Positions 23,501 through 38,800 of a stretch of DNA of 64,000 nt are shown here, one piece after another. Location of the stretch: assembly GCA_964247055.1 (NCBI GenBank), contig OZ176054.1, positions 186,001 to 250,000 of the forward strand. Reading direction: 5' to 3'. The notes under the pieces are model-generated. The model saw only the letters and a list, made by a program, of their open reading frames with translations, did no database searches and had not been told where the DNA came from. The translations under genes were made by a program, and so were the position numbers. The first letter of the stretch is position 1; every line of letters begins with the position of its first letter. The DNA comes from Paragordius varius. Its lineage: Eukaryota > Animalia > Nematomorpha.

Positions 23501-25110
23501 ATATTTAAAAAATTTATTTTATACGATTTTAAAAATAAAAATGGCTACCTAAAATCCAAATTTGATCAGGTGACACCATAATTTTTTTTGGGTAGCCCTA
23601 TGGTAGTTCCATCATCACCCCAAATATTTTCGAGATCGGAGTATAAATGTAATTTTTATGAATTTTTTAAATATTTAAAAAATTTATTTTATACGATTTT
23701 AAAAATAAAAATGGCTACCTAAAATCCAAATTTGATCAGGTGATGACGCCATAATTTTTTTTGGGTAACCCTATAGTAGTTCCATCATCACCCCAAATAT
23801 TTTCGAGATCGGAGTAAAAATGTAATTTTTATGAATTTTTTAAATATTTAAAAAATTTATTTTATACGATTTTAAAAATAAAAATGGCTACCTAAAATCC
23901 AAATTTGATCAGGTGATGTCACCATAATTTTTTTTGGGTAGCCCTATGGTAGTTCCATCATCACCCCAAATATTGTCGAGATCGGAGTATAAATGTAATT
24001 TTTTTGAATTTTTTCAATATTTAAAAAATTTATTTTATACGATTTTAAAAATAAAAATGGCTATCTAAAATCCAAATTTGATCAGGTGATGTCGCCATAA
24101 TTTTTTTTGCGTAGCCCTATGGTAGTTTCATCATCACCCCAAATATTTTGGGGATCGGACTAAATATGTAATTTTCATGAATTTTTTAAATATTTAAAAA
24201 ATTTATTTTATACGATTTTAAAAATAAAAATGGCTACCTAAAATCCAAATTTGATCAGGTGATGATTTTGGGTAGCCCTATGGTAGTTCCATCATCACCC
24301 CAAATATTTTCGAGATCGGAGTATAAATGTAATTTTTATGAATTTTTTAAATATTTAAAAAATTTATTTTATACGATTTTAAAAATAAAAATGGCTACCT
24401 AAAATCCAAATTTGATCAGGTGATGTCACCATAATTTTTTTTGGGTAGCCCTATGGTAGTTCCATCATCACACCAAATATTTTCGAGATCGGAGTATAAA
24501 TGTAATTTTTATGAATTTTTTAAATATTTAAAAAATTTATTTTATACGATTTCAAAAATAAAAATGGCTACCTAAAATCCAAATTTGATCAGGTGATGAC
24601 GCCATAATTTTTTTTGGGTAGCCCTATGGTAGTTCCATCACCCCAAATATTTTCGAGATCGGAGTATAAATGTAATTTTTATGAATTTTTTAAATATTTA
24701 AAAAATTTATTTTATACGATTTTAAAAATAAAAATGGCTACCTAAAATCCAAATTTGATCAGGTGATGTCACCATAATTTTTTTTGTGTAGTCCTATGGT
24801 AGTTCCATCATCACGCCAAATATTTTCGAGATCGGAGTATAAATGTAATTTTTATGAATTTTTTAAATATTTAAAAAATTTATTTTATACGATTTTAAAA
24901 CTAAAAATGGCTACCTAAAATCCAAATTTGATCAGGTGATGTCGCCATAATTTTTTTTGGGTAGCCCTATAGTAGTTCCATCATCACCCCAAATATTTTC
25001 GAGATCGGAGTATAAATGTAATTTTTATGAATTTTTTAAATATTTAAAAAATTTATTTTATACGATTTTAAAAATAAAAATGGCTACCTAAAATCCAAAT
25101 TTGATCAGGT
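20520..25110. repeat. Duplication with period 3263 bp (19 monomers): ~20520-21850 vs ~23790-25110
   Basis: GTAAAAATG 20551/23814; TTCATG 20911/24174; 12-bp deletion 21000/24263; GTGTAGTCCT 21523/24786. Confidence 0.88.
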
Positions 25111-27703
25111 GATGTCACCATAATTTTTTTTGGGTAGCCCTATGGTAGTTCCATCATCACCCCAAATATTTTCGAGATCGGAGTATAAATGTAATTTTTA
25201 TGAATTTTTTAAATATTTAAAAAATTTATTTTATACGATTTTAAAAATAAAAATGGCTACCTAAAATCCAAATTTGATCAGGTGACACCATAATTTTTTT
25301 TGGGTAGCCCTATGGTAGTTCCATCATCACCCCAAATATTTTCGAGATCGGAGTATAAATGTAATTTTTATGAATTTTTTAAATATTTAAAAAATTTATT
25401 TTATACGATTTTAAAAATAAAAATGGCTACCTAAAATCCAAATTTGATCAGGTGATGTCACTATAATTTTTTTTGGGTAGCCCAATGGTAGTTCCATCAT
25501 CACCCCAAATATTTTCGAGATCGGAGTATAAATGTAATTTTTTTAAATTTTTTAAATATTTAAAAAATTTATTTTATACGATTTTAAAAATAAAAATGGC
25601 TACCTAAAATCCAAATTTGATCGGGTGATGTCGCCATAATTTTTTTTGCGTAGCCCTATGGTAGTTTCATCATTACCCCAAATATTTTGGGGATCGGACT
25701 ATAAATGTAATTTTTATGAATTTTTTAAATATTTAAAAAATTAATTTTATACGATTTTAAAAATAAAAATGGCTACCTAAAATCCAAATTTGATCAGGTG
25801 ATGTCACCATAATTTTTTTTGTGTAGCCCTATGGTAGTTCCATCATCACCCCAAATATTGTCGAGATCGGAGTATTGATGTAATTTTTTTGAATTTTTTA
25901 AATATTTAAAAAATTTATTTTATACGATTTTAAAAATAAAAATGGCTACCTAAAATCCAAATTTGATCAGGTGATGTCGCCATAATTTTTTTTGGGTAGC
26001 CCTATGGTAGTTCCATCATCACCCCAAATATTTTCGAGATCGGAGTATAAATGTAATTTTTATGAATTTTTTAAATATTTAAAAAATTTATTTTATACGA
26101 TTTTAAAAATAAAAATGGCTACCTAAAATCCAAATTTGATCAGGTGACACCATAATTTTTTTTGGGTAGCCCTATGGTAGTTCCATCATCACCCCAAATA
26201 TTTTCGAGATCGGAGTATAAATGTAATTTTTATGAATTTTTTAAATATTTAAAAAATTTATTTTATACGATTTTAAAAATAAAAATGGCTACCTAAAATC
26301 CAAATTTGATCAGGTGATGTCACTATAATTTATTTTGGGTAGCCCAATGGTAGTTCCATCATCACCCCAAATATTTTCGAGATCGGAGTATAAATGTAAT
26401 TTTTTTAAATTTTTTAAATATTTAAAAAATTTATTTTATACGATTTTAAAAATAAAAATGGCTACCTAAAATCCAAATTTGATCGGGTGATGTCGCCATA
26501 ATTTTTTTTGCGTAGCCCTATGGTAGTTTCATCATTACCCCAAATATTTTGGGGATCGGACTATAAATGTAATTTTTATGAATTTTTTAAATATTTAAAA
26601 AATTAATTTTATACGATTTTAAAAATAAAAATGGCTACCTAAAATCCAAATTTGATCAGGTGATGTCACCATATTTTTTTTTGGGTAGCCCTATGGTATT
26701 TCCATCATCACCCCAAATATTGTCGAGATCGGAGTATAAATGTAATTTTTTTGAATTTTTCAAATATTTAAAAAATTTATTTTATACGATTTTAAAAATA
26801 AAAATGGCTACCTAAAATCCAAATTTGATCAGGTGATGTCGCCATAATTTTTTTTGGGTAGCCCTATAGTAGTTCCATCATCACCCCAAATATTTTCGAG
26901 ATCGGAGTATAAATGTAATTTTTATGAATTTTTTAAATATTTAAAAAATTTATTTTATACGATTTTAAAAATAAAAATGGCTACCTAAAATCCAAATTTG
27001 ATCAGGTGATGACGCCATAATTTTTTTTGGGTAGCCCTATGGTAGTTCCATCACCCCAAATATTTTCGAGATCGGAGTATAAATGTAATTTTTATGAATT
27101 TTTTAAATATTTAAAAAATTTATTTTATACGATTTTAAAAATAAAAATGGCTACCTAAAATCCAAATTTGATCAGGTGATGTCACCATAATTTTTTTTGT
27201 GTAGCCCTATGGTAGTTCCATCATCACCCCAAATATTTTCGAGATCGGAGTATAAATGTAATTTTTATGAATTTTTTAAATATTTAAAAAATTTATTTTA
27301 TACGATTTTAAAAATAAAAATGGCTACCTAAAATCCAAATTTGATCAGGTGATGTCGCCATAATTTTTTTTGGGTAGCCCTATAGTAGTTCCATCATCAC
27401 CCCAAATATTTTCGAGATCGGAGTATAAATGTAATTTTTATGAATTTTTTGAATATTTAAAAAATTTATTTTATACGATTTCAAAAATAAAAATGGCTAC
27501 CTAAAATCCAAATTTGATCAGGTGATGTCACCATAATTTCTTTTGGGTAGCCCTATGGTAGTTCCATCATCACCCCAAATATTGTCGAGATCGGAGTATT
27601 GATGTAATTTTTTTGAATTTTTTAAATATTTAAAAAATTTATTTTATACGATTTTAAAAATAAAAATGGCTACCTAAAATCCAAATTTGATCAGGTGATG
27701 TCA

Positions 27704-29411
27704 CCATAATTTTTTTTGGGTAGCCCTATGGTAGTTCCATCATCACCCCAAATATTTTCGAGATCGGAGTATAAATGTAATTTTTATGAATTAATATTTA
27801 AAAAATTTATTTTATACGATTTTAAAAATAAAAATGGCTACCTAAAATCCAAATTTGATCAGGTGATGTCACCATAATTTTTTTTGGGTAGCCCTATGGT
27901 AGTTCCATCATCACCCCAAATATTTTCGAGATCGGAGTATAAATGTAATTTATATGAATTTTTTAAATATTTAAAAAATTTATTTTATACGATTTTAAAA
28001 ATAAAAATGGCTACCTAAAATCCAAATTTGATCAGGTGATGTCACCATATTTTTTTTTGGGTAGCCCTATGGTAGTTCCATCATCACCTCAAATATTTTG
28101 GGGATCGGACTATAAATGTAATTTTTATGAATTTTTTAAATATTTAAAAAATTTATTTTATACGATTTTAAAAATAAAAATGGCTACCTAAAATCCAAAT
28201 TTGATCAGGTGATGACGCCATAATTTTTTTGGGTAGCCCTATGGTAGTTCCATCATCACCCCAAATATTTTCGAGATCGGAGTATAAATGTAATTTTTAT
28301 GAATTTTTTAAATATTTAAAAAATTTATTTTATACGATTTTAAAAATAAAAATGGCTACCTACAAATTTGATCAGGTGATGTCGCCATAATTTTTTTTGG
28401 GTAGCCCTATAGTAGTTCCATCATCACCCCAAATATTTTCGAGATCGGAGTATAAATGTAATTTTTATGAATTTTTTAAATATTTAAAAAATTTATTTTA
28501 TACGATTTTAAAAATAAAAATGGCTACCTAAAATCCAAATTTGATCAGGTGATGTCACCATAATTTTTTTTGGGTAGCCCTATGGTAGTTCCATCATCAC
28601 CCCAAATATTTTCGAGATCGGAGTATAAATGTAATTTTTATGAATTAATATTTAAAAAATTTATTTTATACGATTTTAAAAATAAAAATGGCTACCTAAA
28701 ATCCAAATTTGATCAGGTGATGTCACCATAATTTTTTTTGGGTAGCCCTATGGTAGTTCCATCATCACCCCAAATATTTTCGAGATCGGAGTATAAATGT
28801 AATTTATATGAATTTTTTAAATATTTAAAAAATTTATTTTATACGATTTTAAAAATAAAAATGGCTACCTAAAATCCAAATTTGATCAGGTGATGTCACC
28901 ATATTTTTTTTTGGGTAGCCCTATGGTAGTTCCATCATCACCTCAAATATTTTGGGGATCGGACTATAAATGTAATTTTTATGAATTTTTTAAATATTTA
29001 AAAAATTTATTTTATACGATTTTAAAAATAAAAATGGCTACCTAAAATCCAAATTTGATCAGGTGATGACGCCATAATTTTTTTGGGTAGCCCTATGGTA
29101 GTTCCATCATCACCCCAAATATTTTCGAGATCGGAGTATAAATGTAATTTTTATGAATTTTTTAAATATTTAAAAAATTTATTTTATACGATTTTAAAAA
29201 TAAAAATGGCTACCTACAAATTTGATCAGGTGATGTCGCCATAATTTTTTTTGGGTAGCCCTATAGTAGTTCCATCATCACCCCAAATATTTTCGAGATC
29301 GGAGTATAAATGTAATTTTTATGAATTTTTTAAATATTTAAAAAATTTATTTTATACGATTTTAAAAATAAAAATGGCTACCTAAAATCCAAATTTGATC
29401 AGGTGATGACG
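27704..29411. repeat. Tandem 5-monomer duplication (854 bp x2)
   Basis: GAATTAATATTT deletion 27788/28642; TATATG 27951/28805; monomer starts 27704, 28558, 29412. Confidence 0.92.
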
Positions 29412-32400
29412 CCATAATTTTTTTTGGGTAGCCCTATGGTAGTTCCATCACCCCAAATATTTTCGAGATCGGAGTATAAATGTAATTTTTATGAATTTTT
29501 TAAATATTTAAAAAATTTATTTTATACGATTTTAAAAATAAAAATGGCTACCTAAAATCCAAATTTGATCAGGTGATGTCACCATAATTTTTTTTGTGTA
29601 GCCCTATGGTAGTTCCATCATCACCCCAAATATTTTCGCGATCGGAGTATAAATGTAATTTTTATGAATTTTTTAAATATTTAAAAAATTTATTTTATAC
29701 GATTTTAAAAATAAAAATGGCTACCTAAAATCCAAATTTGATCAGGTGATGTCGCCATAATTTTTTTTGGGTAGCCCTATAATAGTTCCATTATCACCCC
29801 AAATATTTTCGAGATCGGAGTATAAATGTAATTTTTATGAATTTTTTGAATATTTAAAAAATTTATTTTATACGATTTTAAAAATAAAAATGGCTACCTA
29901 AAATCCAAATTTGATCAGGTGATGTCACCATAATTTCTTTTGGGTAGCCCTATGGTAGTTCCATCATCACCCCAAATATTGTCGAGATCGGAGTATTGAT
30001 GTAATTTTTTTGAATTTTTTAAATATTTAAAAAATTTATTTTATACGATTTTAAAAATAAAAATGGCTACCTAAAATCCAAATTTGATCAGGTGATGATT
30101 TTGGGTAGCCCTATGGTAGTTCCATCATCACCCCAAATATTTTCGAGATCGGAGTATAAATGTAATTTTTATGAATTTTTTAAATATTTAATCAATTTAT
30201 TTTATACGATTTTAAAAATAAAAATGGCTACCTAAAATCCAAATTTGATCAGGTGATGTCACCATAATTTTTTTTGGGTAGCCCTATGGTAGTTCCATCA
30301 TCACCCCAAATATTTTCGAGATCGGAGTATAAATGTAATTTTTATGAATTTTTTAAATATTTAAAAAATTTATTTTATACGATTTTAAAAATAAAAATGG
30401 CTACCTAAAATCCAAATTTGATCAGGTGATGTCACCATATTTTTTTTTGGGTAGCCCTATGGTAGTTCCATCATCACCTCAAATATTTTGGGGATCGGAC
30501 TATAAATGTAATTTTTATGAATTTTTTAAATATTTAAAAAATTTATTTTATACGATTTTAAAAATAAAAATGGCTACCTAAAATCCAAATTTGATCAGGT
30601 GATGACGCCATAATTTTTTTGGGTAGCCCTATGGTAGTTCCATCATCACCCCAAATATTTTCGAGATCGGAGTATAAATGTAATTTTTATGAATTTTTTA
30701 AATATTTAAAAAATTTATTTTATACGATTTTAAAAATAAAAATGGCTACCTACAAATTTGATCAGGTGATGTCACCATAATTTTTTTTGGGTAGCCCTAT
30801 GGTAGTTCCATCATCACCCCAAATATTTTCGAGATCGGAGTATAAATGTAATTTTTATGAATTTTTTAAATATTTAAAAAATTTATTTTATACGATTTTA
30901 AAAATAAAAATGGCTACCTAAAATCCAAATTTGATCAGGTGATGTCGCCATAATTTTTTTTGGGTAGCCCTATAGTAGTTCCATCATCACCCCAAATATT
31001 GTCGAGATCGGAGTATAAATGTAATTTTTATGAATTTTTTAAATATTTAAAAAATTTATTTTATACGATTTTAAAAATATAAATGGCTACCTAAAATCCA
31101 AATTTGATCAGGTGATGTCACTATAATTTTTTTTGGGTAGCCCTATGGTAGTTCCATCATCACCCCAAATATTTTCGAGATCGGAGTATAAATGTAATTT
31201 TTATGAATTTTTTATATATTTAAAAAATTTATTTTATACGATTTTAAAAATAAAAATGGCTACCTAAAATCCAAATTTGATCAGGCGATGTCGCCATAAT
31301 TTTTTTTGGTAGCCCTATGGTAGTTCCATCATCACCCCAAATATTTTCGAGATCGGAGTATAAATGTAATTTTTATGAATTTTTTAAATATTTAAAAAAT
31401 TTATTTTATACGATTTTAAAAATAAAAATGGCTACCTAAAATCCAAATTTGATCAGGTGATGTCACCATAATTTTTTTTAAAGCCCTATAGTAGTTCCAT
31501 CATCACCCCAAATATTTTCGAGATCGGAGTGTAAATGTAATTTTTATGAATTTTTTAAATATTTAAAAAATTTATTTTATACGATTTTAAAAATAAAAAT
31601 GGCTACCTAAAATCCAAATTTGATCAGGTGATGTCACTATAATTTTTTTTGGGTAGCCCTATGGTAGTTCCATCATCACCCCAAATATTTTCGAGATCGG
31701 AGTAAAAATGTAATTTTTATGAATTTTTTAAATATTTAAAAAATTTATTTTATACGATTTTAAAAATAAAAATGGCTACCTAAAATCCAAATTTGATCAG
31801 GTGATGTCATAATTTTTTTTGGGTAGCCCTATGGTAGTTCCATCATCACCCCAAATATTGTCGAGATCGGAGTATAAATGTAATTTTTTTGAATTTTTTC
31901 AATATTTAAAAAATTTATTTTATACGATTTTAAAAATAAAAATGGCTACCTAAAATCCAAATTTGATCAGGTGATGTCGCCATAATTTTTTTTGCGTAGC
32001 CCTATGGTAGTTTCATCATCACCCCAAATATTTTGGGGATCGGACTAAATATGTAATTTTCATGAATTTTTTAAATATTTAAAAAATTTATTTTATACGA
32101 TTTTAAAAATAAAAATGGCTACCTAAAATCCAAATTCGATCAGGTGATGATTTTGGGTAGCCCTATGGTAGTTCCATCATCACCCCAAATATTTTCGAGA
32201 TCGGAGTATAAATGTAATTTTTATGAATTTTTTAAATATTTAAAAAATTTATTTTATACGATTTTAAAAATAAAAATGGCTACCTAAAATCCAAATTTGA
32301 TCAGGTGATGTCACCATAATTTTTTTTGGGTAGCCCTATGGTAGTTCCATCATCACCGCAAATATTTTGGGGATCGGACTATAAATGTAATTTTTAGGAA

Positions 32401-32899
32401 TTTTTTAAATATTTAAAAAATTTATTTTATACGATTTTAAAAATAAAAATGGCTACCTAAAATCCAAATTTGATCAGGTGATGTCACCATAATTTTTTTT
32501 GGGTAGCCCTATGGTAGTTCCATCATCACCCCAAATATTGTCGAGATCGGAGTATAAATGTAATTTTTTTGAATTTTTTAAATATTTAAAAAATTTATTT
32601 TATACGATTTTAAAAATAAAAATGGCTACCTAAAATCCAAATTTGATCAGGTGATGTCGCCATAATTTTTTTTGCGTAGCCCTATGGTAGTTTCATCATC
32701 ACCCCAAATATTTTGGGGATCGGACTTAAATGTAATTTTTATGAATTTTTTAAATATTTAAAAAATTTATTTTATACGATTTTAAAAATAAAAATGGCTA
32801 CCTAAAATCCAAATTTGATCAGGTGATGTCACCATATTTTTTTTTGGGTAGCCCTATGGTAGTTCCATCATCACCCCAAATATTGTCGAGATCGGAGTA

Positions 32900-35800
32900 T
32901 AAATGTAATTTTTTTGAATTTTTTAAATATTTAAAAAATTTATTTTATACGATATTAAAAATAAAAATGGCTATCTAAAATCCAAATTTGATCAGGTGAT
33001 GTCACCATAATTTTTTTTGGGTAGCCCCATGGTAGTTCCATCATCACCCCAAATATTTTCGAGATCGGAGTATAAATGTAATTTTTATGAATTTTTTAAA
33101 TATTTAAAAAATTTATTTTATACGATTTTAAAAATCAAAATGGCTACCTAAAATCCAAATTTGATCAGGTGATGTCACCATAATTTTTTTTAGGTAGCCC
33201 TATGGTAGTTCCATCATCACCCCAAATATTTTCGAGATCGGAGTATAAATGTAATTTTTATGAATTTTTTAAATATTTAAAAAATTTATTTTATACGATT
33301 TTAAAAATAAAAATGGCTACCTAAAATATAAATTTGATCAGGTGATGTCACCATAATTTTTTTTGGGTAGCCCTATGGTCGTTCCATCATCACCCCAAAT
33401 ATTGTCGAGATCGGAGTATGAATGTAATTTTTTTGAATTTTTTAAATATTTAAAAAATTTATTTTATACGATTTTAAAAATAAAAATGGCTACCTATAAT
33501 CCAAATATGATCAGGTGATGTCGCCATAATCTTTTTTGCGTAGCCCTATGGTAGTTCTATCATCACCCCAAATATTTTGGGGATCGGACTATAAATGTAA
33601 TTTTTATGAATTTTTTAAATATTTAAAAAATTTATTTTATACGATTTTAAAAATAAAAATGGCTACCTAAAATCCAAATTTGATCAGGTGATGTCGCCAT
33701 AATTTTTTTTGGGTAGCCCTATAGTAGTTCCATCATCACCCCAAATATTTTCAAGATCGGAGTATAAATGTAATTTTTATGAATTTTTTAAATATTTAAA
33801 AAATTTATTTTATACGATTTTAAAAATAAAAATGGCTACCTAAAATCCAAATTTGATCAGGTGATGTCACCATATTTTTTTTGGGTAGCCCTATGGTAGT
33901 TCCATCATCACCCCAAATATTTTGGGGATCGGACTATAAATGTAATTTTTATGAATTTTTTAAATATTTAAAAAATTTATTTTATACGATTTTAAAAATA
34001 AAAATGGCTACCTAAAATCCAAATTTGATCAGGTGATGTCACCATATTTTTTTTGGGTAGCCCTATGGTAGTTCCATCATCACCCCAAATATTTTCGAGA
34101 TCGGAGTATAAATGTAATTTTTATGAATTTTTTAAATATTTAAAAAATTTATTTTATACGATTTTAAAAATAAAAATGGCTACCTAAAATCCAAATTTGA
34201 TCAGGTGATGTCACCATAATTTTTTTGGGTAGCCCTATGGTAGTTCCATCATCACCTCAAATATTTTCGAGATCGGAGTATAAATGTAATTTTTATGAAT
34301 TTTTTAAATATTTAAAAAATTTATTTTATACGATTTTAAAAATAAAAATGGCTATCTAAAATCCAAATTTGATCAGGTGATGTCACCATAATTTTTTTTG
34401 GGTAGCCCTATGGTAGTTCCATCATCACCCCAAATATTTTCGAGATCGGAGTATAAATGTAATTTTTATGAATTTTTTAAATATTTAAAAAATTTATTTT
34501 ATACGATTTTAAAAATAAAAATGGCTACCTAAAATCCAAATTTGATCAGGTGATGTCGCCATAATTTTTTTTGGGTAGCCCTATGGTAGTTCCATCATCA
34601 CCCCAAATATTTTTGAGATCGGACATTAAATGTAATTTTTATGAATTTTTTAAATATTTAAAAAATTTATTTTATACGATTTTAAAAATAAAAATGGCTA
34701 CCTAAAATCCAAATTTGATCAGGTGATGTCACCATAATTTTTTTGGGTAGCCCTATGGTAGTTCCATTATCACCCCAAATATTTTCGAGATCGGAGTATA
34801 AATGTAATTTTTATGAATTTTTTAAATATTTAAAAAATTTATTTTATACGATTTTAAAAATAAAAATGGCTACCTAAAATCCAAATTTGATCAGGTGATG
34901 TCACCATAATTTTTTTTGGGTAGCCCTATGGTAGTTCCATCATCACCCCAAATATTTTCGAGATGGGAGTATAAATGTAATTTTTATGAATTTTTTAAAT
35001 ATTTAAAAAATTTATTTTATACGATATTAAAAATAAAAATGGCTATCTAAAATCCAAATTTGATCAGGTGATGTCACCATAATTTTTTTTGGGTAGCCCC
35101 ATGGTAGTTCCATCATCACCCCAAATATTTTCGAGATCGGAGTATAAATGTAATTTTTATGAATTTTTTAAATATTTAAAAAATTTATTTTATACGATTT
35201 TAAAAATAAAAATGGCTACCTAAAATCCAAATTTGATCAGGTGATGTCGCCATAATTTTTGAGTAGCCCTATAGTAGTTCCATCATCACCCCAAATATTT
35301 TCGAGATCGGAGTATAAATGTAATTTTTATGAATTTTTTAAATATTTAAAAAATTTATTTTATACGATTTTAAAAATAAAAATGGGTACCTAAAATCCAA
35401 ATTTGATCAGGTGATGTCGCCATAATTTTTTTTGGGTAGCCCTATAGTAGTTCCATCATCACCCCAAATATTTTCGAGATCGGAGTATAAATGTAATTTT
35501 TATGAATTTTTTAAATATTTAAAAAATTTATTTTATACGATTTTAAAAATCAAAATGGCTACCTAAAATCCAAATTTGATCAGGTGATGTCACCATAATT
35601 TTTTTTAGGTAGCCCTATGGTAGTTCCATCATCACCCCAAATATTTTCGAGATCGGAGTATAAATGTAATTTTTATGAATTTTTTAAATATTTAAAAAAT
35701 TTATTTTATACGATTTTAAAAATAAAAATGGCTACCTAAAATATAAATTTGATCAGTTTTGGGTAGCCCTATGGTCGTTCCATCATCACCCCAAATATTG

Positions 35801-38800
35801 TCGAGATCGGAGTATGAATGTAATTTTTTTGAATTTTTTAAATATTTAAAAAATTTATTTTATACGATTTTAAAAATAAAAATGGCTACCTATAATCCAA
35901 ATATGATCAGGTGATGTCGCCATAATTTTTTTTGCGTAGCCCTATGGTAGTTCTATCATCACCCCAAATATTTTGGGGATCGGACTATAAATGTAATTTT
36001 TATGAATTTTTTAAATATTTAAAAAATTTATTTTATACGATTTTAAAAATAAAAATGGCTACCTAAAATCAAAATTTGATCAGGTGATGTCGCCATAATT
36101 TTTTTTGGGTAGCCCTATAGTAGTTCCATCATCACCCCAAATATTTTCAAGATCGGAGTATAAATGTAATTTTTATGAATTTTTTAAATATTTAAAAAAT
36201 TTATTTTATACGATTTTAAAAATAAAAATGGCTACCTAAAATCCAAATTTGATCAGGTGATGTCACCATATTTTTTTTGGGTAGCCCTATGGTAGTTCCA
36301 TCATCACCCCAAATATTTTGGGGATCGGACTATAAATGTAATTTTTATGAATTTTTTAAATATTTAAAAAATTTATTTTATACGATTTTAAAAATAAAAA
36401 TGGCTACCTAAAATCCAAATTTGATCAGGTGATGTCACCATATTTTTTTTGGGTAGCCCTATGGTAGTTCTATCATCACCCCAAATATTTTGGGGATCGG
36501 ACTATAAATGTAATTTTTATGAATTTTTTAAATATTTAAAAAATTTATTTTATACGATTTTAAAAATAAAAATGGCTACCTAAAATCAAAATTTGATCAG
36601 GTGATGTCGCCATAATTTTTTTTGGGTAGCCCTATAGTAGTTCCATCATCACCCCAAATATTTTCAAGATCGGAGTATAAATGTAATTTTTATGAATTTT
36701 TTAAATATTTAAAAAATTTATTTTATACGATTTTAAAAATAAAAATGGCTACCTAAAATCCAAATTTGATCAGGTGATGTCACCATATTTTTTTTGGGTA
36801 GCCCTATGGTCGTTCCATCATCACCCCAAATATTGTCGAGATCGGAGTATGAATGTAATTTTTTTGAATTTTTTAAATATTTAAAAAATTTATTTTATAC
36901 GATTTTAAAAATAAAAATGGCTACCTATAATCCAAATATGATCAGGTGATGTCGCCATAATTTTTTTTGCGTAGCCCTATGGTAGTTCTATCATCACCCC
37001 AAATATTTTGGGGATCGGACTATAAATGTAATTTTTATGAATTTTTTAAATATTTAAAAAATTTATTTTATACGATTTTAAAAATAAAAATGGCTACCTA
37101 AAATCAAAATTTGATCAGGTGATGTCGCCATAATTTTTTTTGGGTAGCCCTATAGTAGTTCCATCATCACCCCAAATATTTTCAAGATCGGAGTATAAAT
37201 GTAATTTTTATGAATTTTTTAAATATTTAAAAAATTTATTTTATACGATTTTAAAAATAAAAATGGCTACCTAAAATCCAAATTTGATCAGGTGATGTCA
37301 CCATATTTTTTTTGGGTAGCCCTATGGTAGTTCCATCATCACCCCAAATATTTTGGGGATCGGACTATAAATGTAATTTTTATGAATTTTTTAAATATTT
37401 AAAAAATTTATTTTATACGATTTTAAAAATAAAAATGGCTACCTAAAATCCAAATTTGATCAGGTGATGTCACCATATTTTTTTTGGGTAGCCCTATGGT
37501 AGTTCCATCATCACCCCAAATATTTTCGGGATCGGAGTATAAATGTAATTTTTATGAATTTTTTAAATATTTAAAAAATTTATTTTATACGATTTTAAAA
37601 ATAAAAATGGGTACCTAAAATCCAAATTTGATCATTTGATGTCGCCATAATTTTTTTTGGGTAGCCCTATAGTAGTTCCATCATCACCCCAAATATTTTC
37701 GAGATCGGAGTATAAATGTAATTTTTATGAATTTTTTAAATATTTAAAAAATTTATTTTATACGATTTTAAAAATCAAAATGGCTACCTAAAATCCAAAT
37801 TTGATCAGGTGATGTCACCATAATTTTTTTTAGGTAGCCCTATGGTAGTTCCATCATCACCCCAAATATTTTCGAGATCGGAGTATAAATGTAATTTTTA
37901 TGAATTTTTTAAATATTTAAAAAATTTATTTTATACGATTTTAAAAATAAAAATGGCTACCTAAAATATAAATTTGATCAGTTTTGGGTAGCCCTATGGT
38001 CGTTCCATCATCACCCCAAATATTGTCGAGATCGGAGTATGAATGTAATTTTTTTGAATTTTTTAAATATTTAAAAAATTTATTTTATACGATTTTAAAA
38101 ATAAAAATGGCTACCTATAATCCAAATATGATCAGGTGATGTCGCCATAATTTTTTTGCGTAGCCCTATGGTAGTTCTATCATCACCCCAAATATTTTGG
38201 GGATCGGACTATAAATGTAATTTTTATGAATTTTTTAAATATTTAAAAAATTTATTTTATACGATTTTAAAAATAAAAATGGCTACCTAAAATCCAAATT
38301 TGATCAGGTGATGTCGCCATAATTTTTTTTGGGTAGCCCTATAGTAGTTCCATCATCACCCCAAATATTTTCAAGATCGGAGTATAAATGTAATTTTTAT
38401 GAATTTTTTAAATATTTAAAAAATTTATTTTATACGATTTTAAAAATAAAAATGGCTACCTAAAATCCAAATTTGATCAGGTGATGTCACCATATTTTTT
38501 TTGGGTAGCCCTATGGTAGTTCCATCATCACCCCAAATATTTTGGGGATCGGACTATAAATGTAATTTTTATGAATTTTTTAAATATTTAAAAAATTTAT
38601 TTTATACGATTTTAAAAATAAAAATGGCTACCTAAAATCCAAATTTGATCAGGTGATGTCACCATATTTTTTTTGGGTAGCCCTATGGTAGTTCCATCAT
38701 CACCCCAAATATTTTCGAGATCGGAGTATAAATGTAATTTTTATGAATTTTTTAAATATTTAAAAAATTTATTTTATACGATTTTAAAAATAAAAATGGG

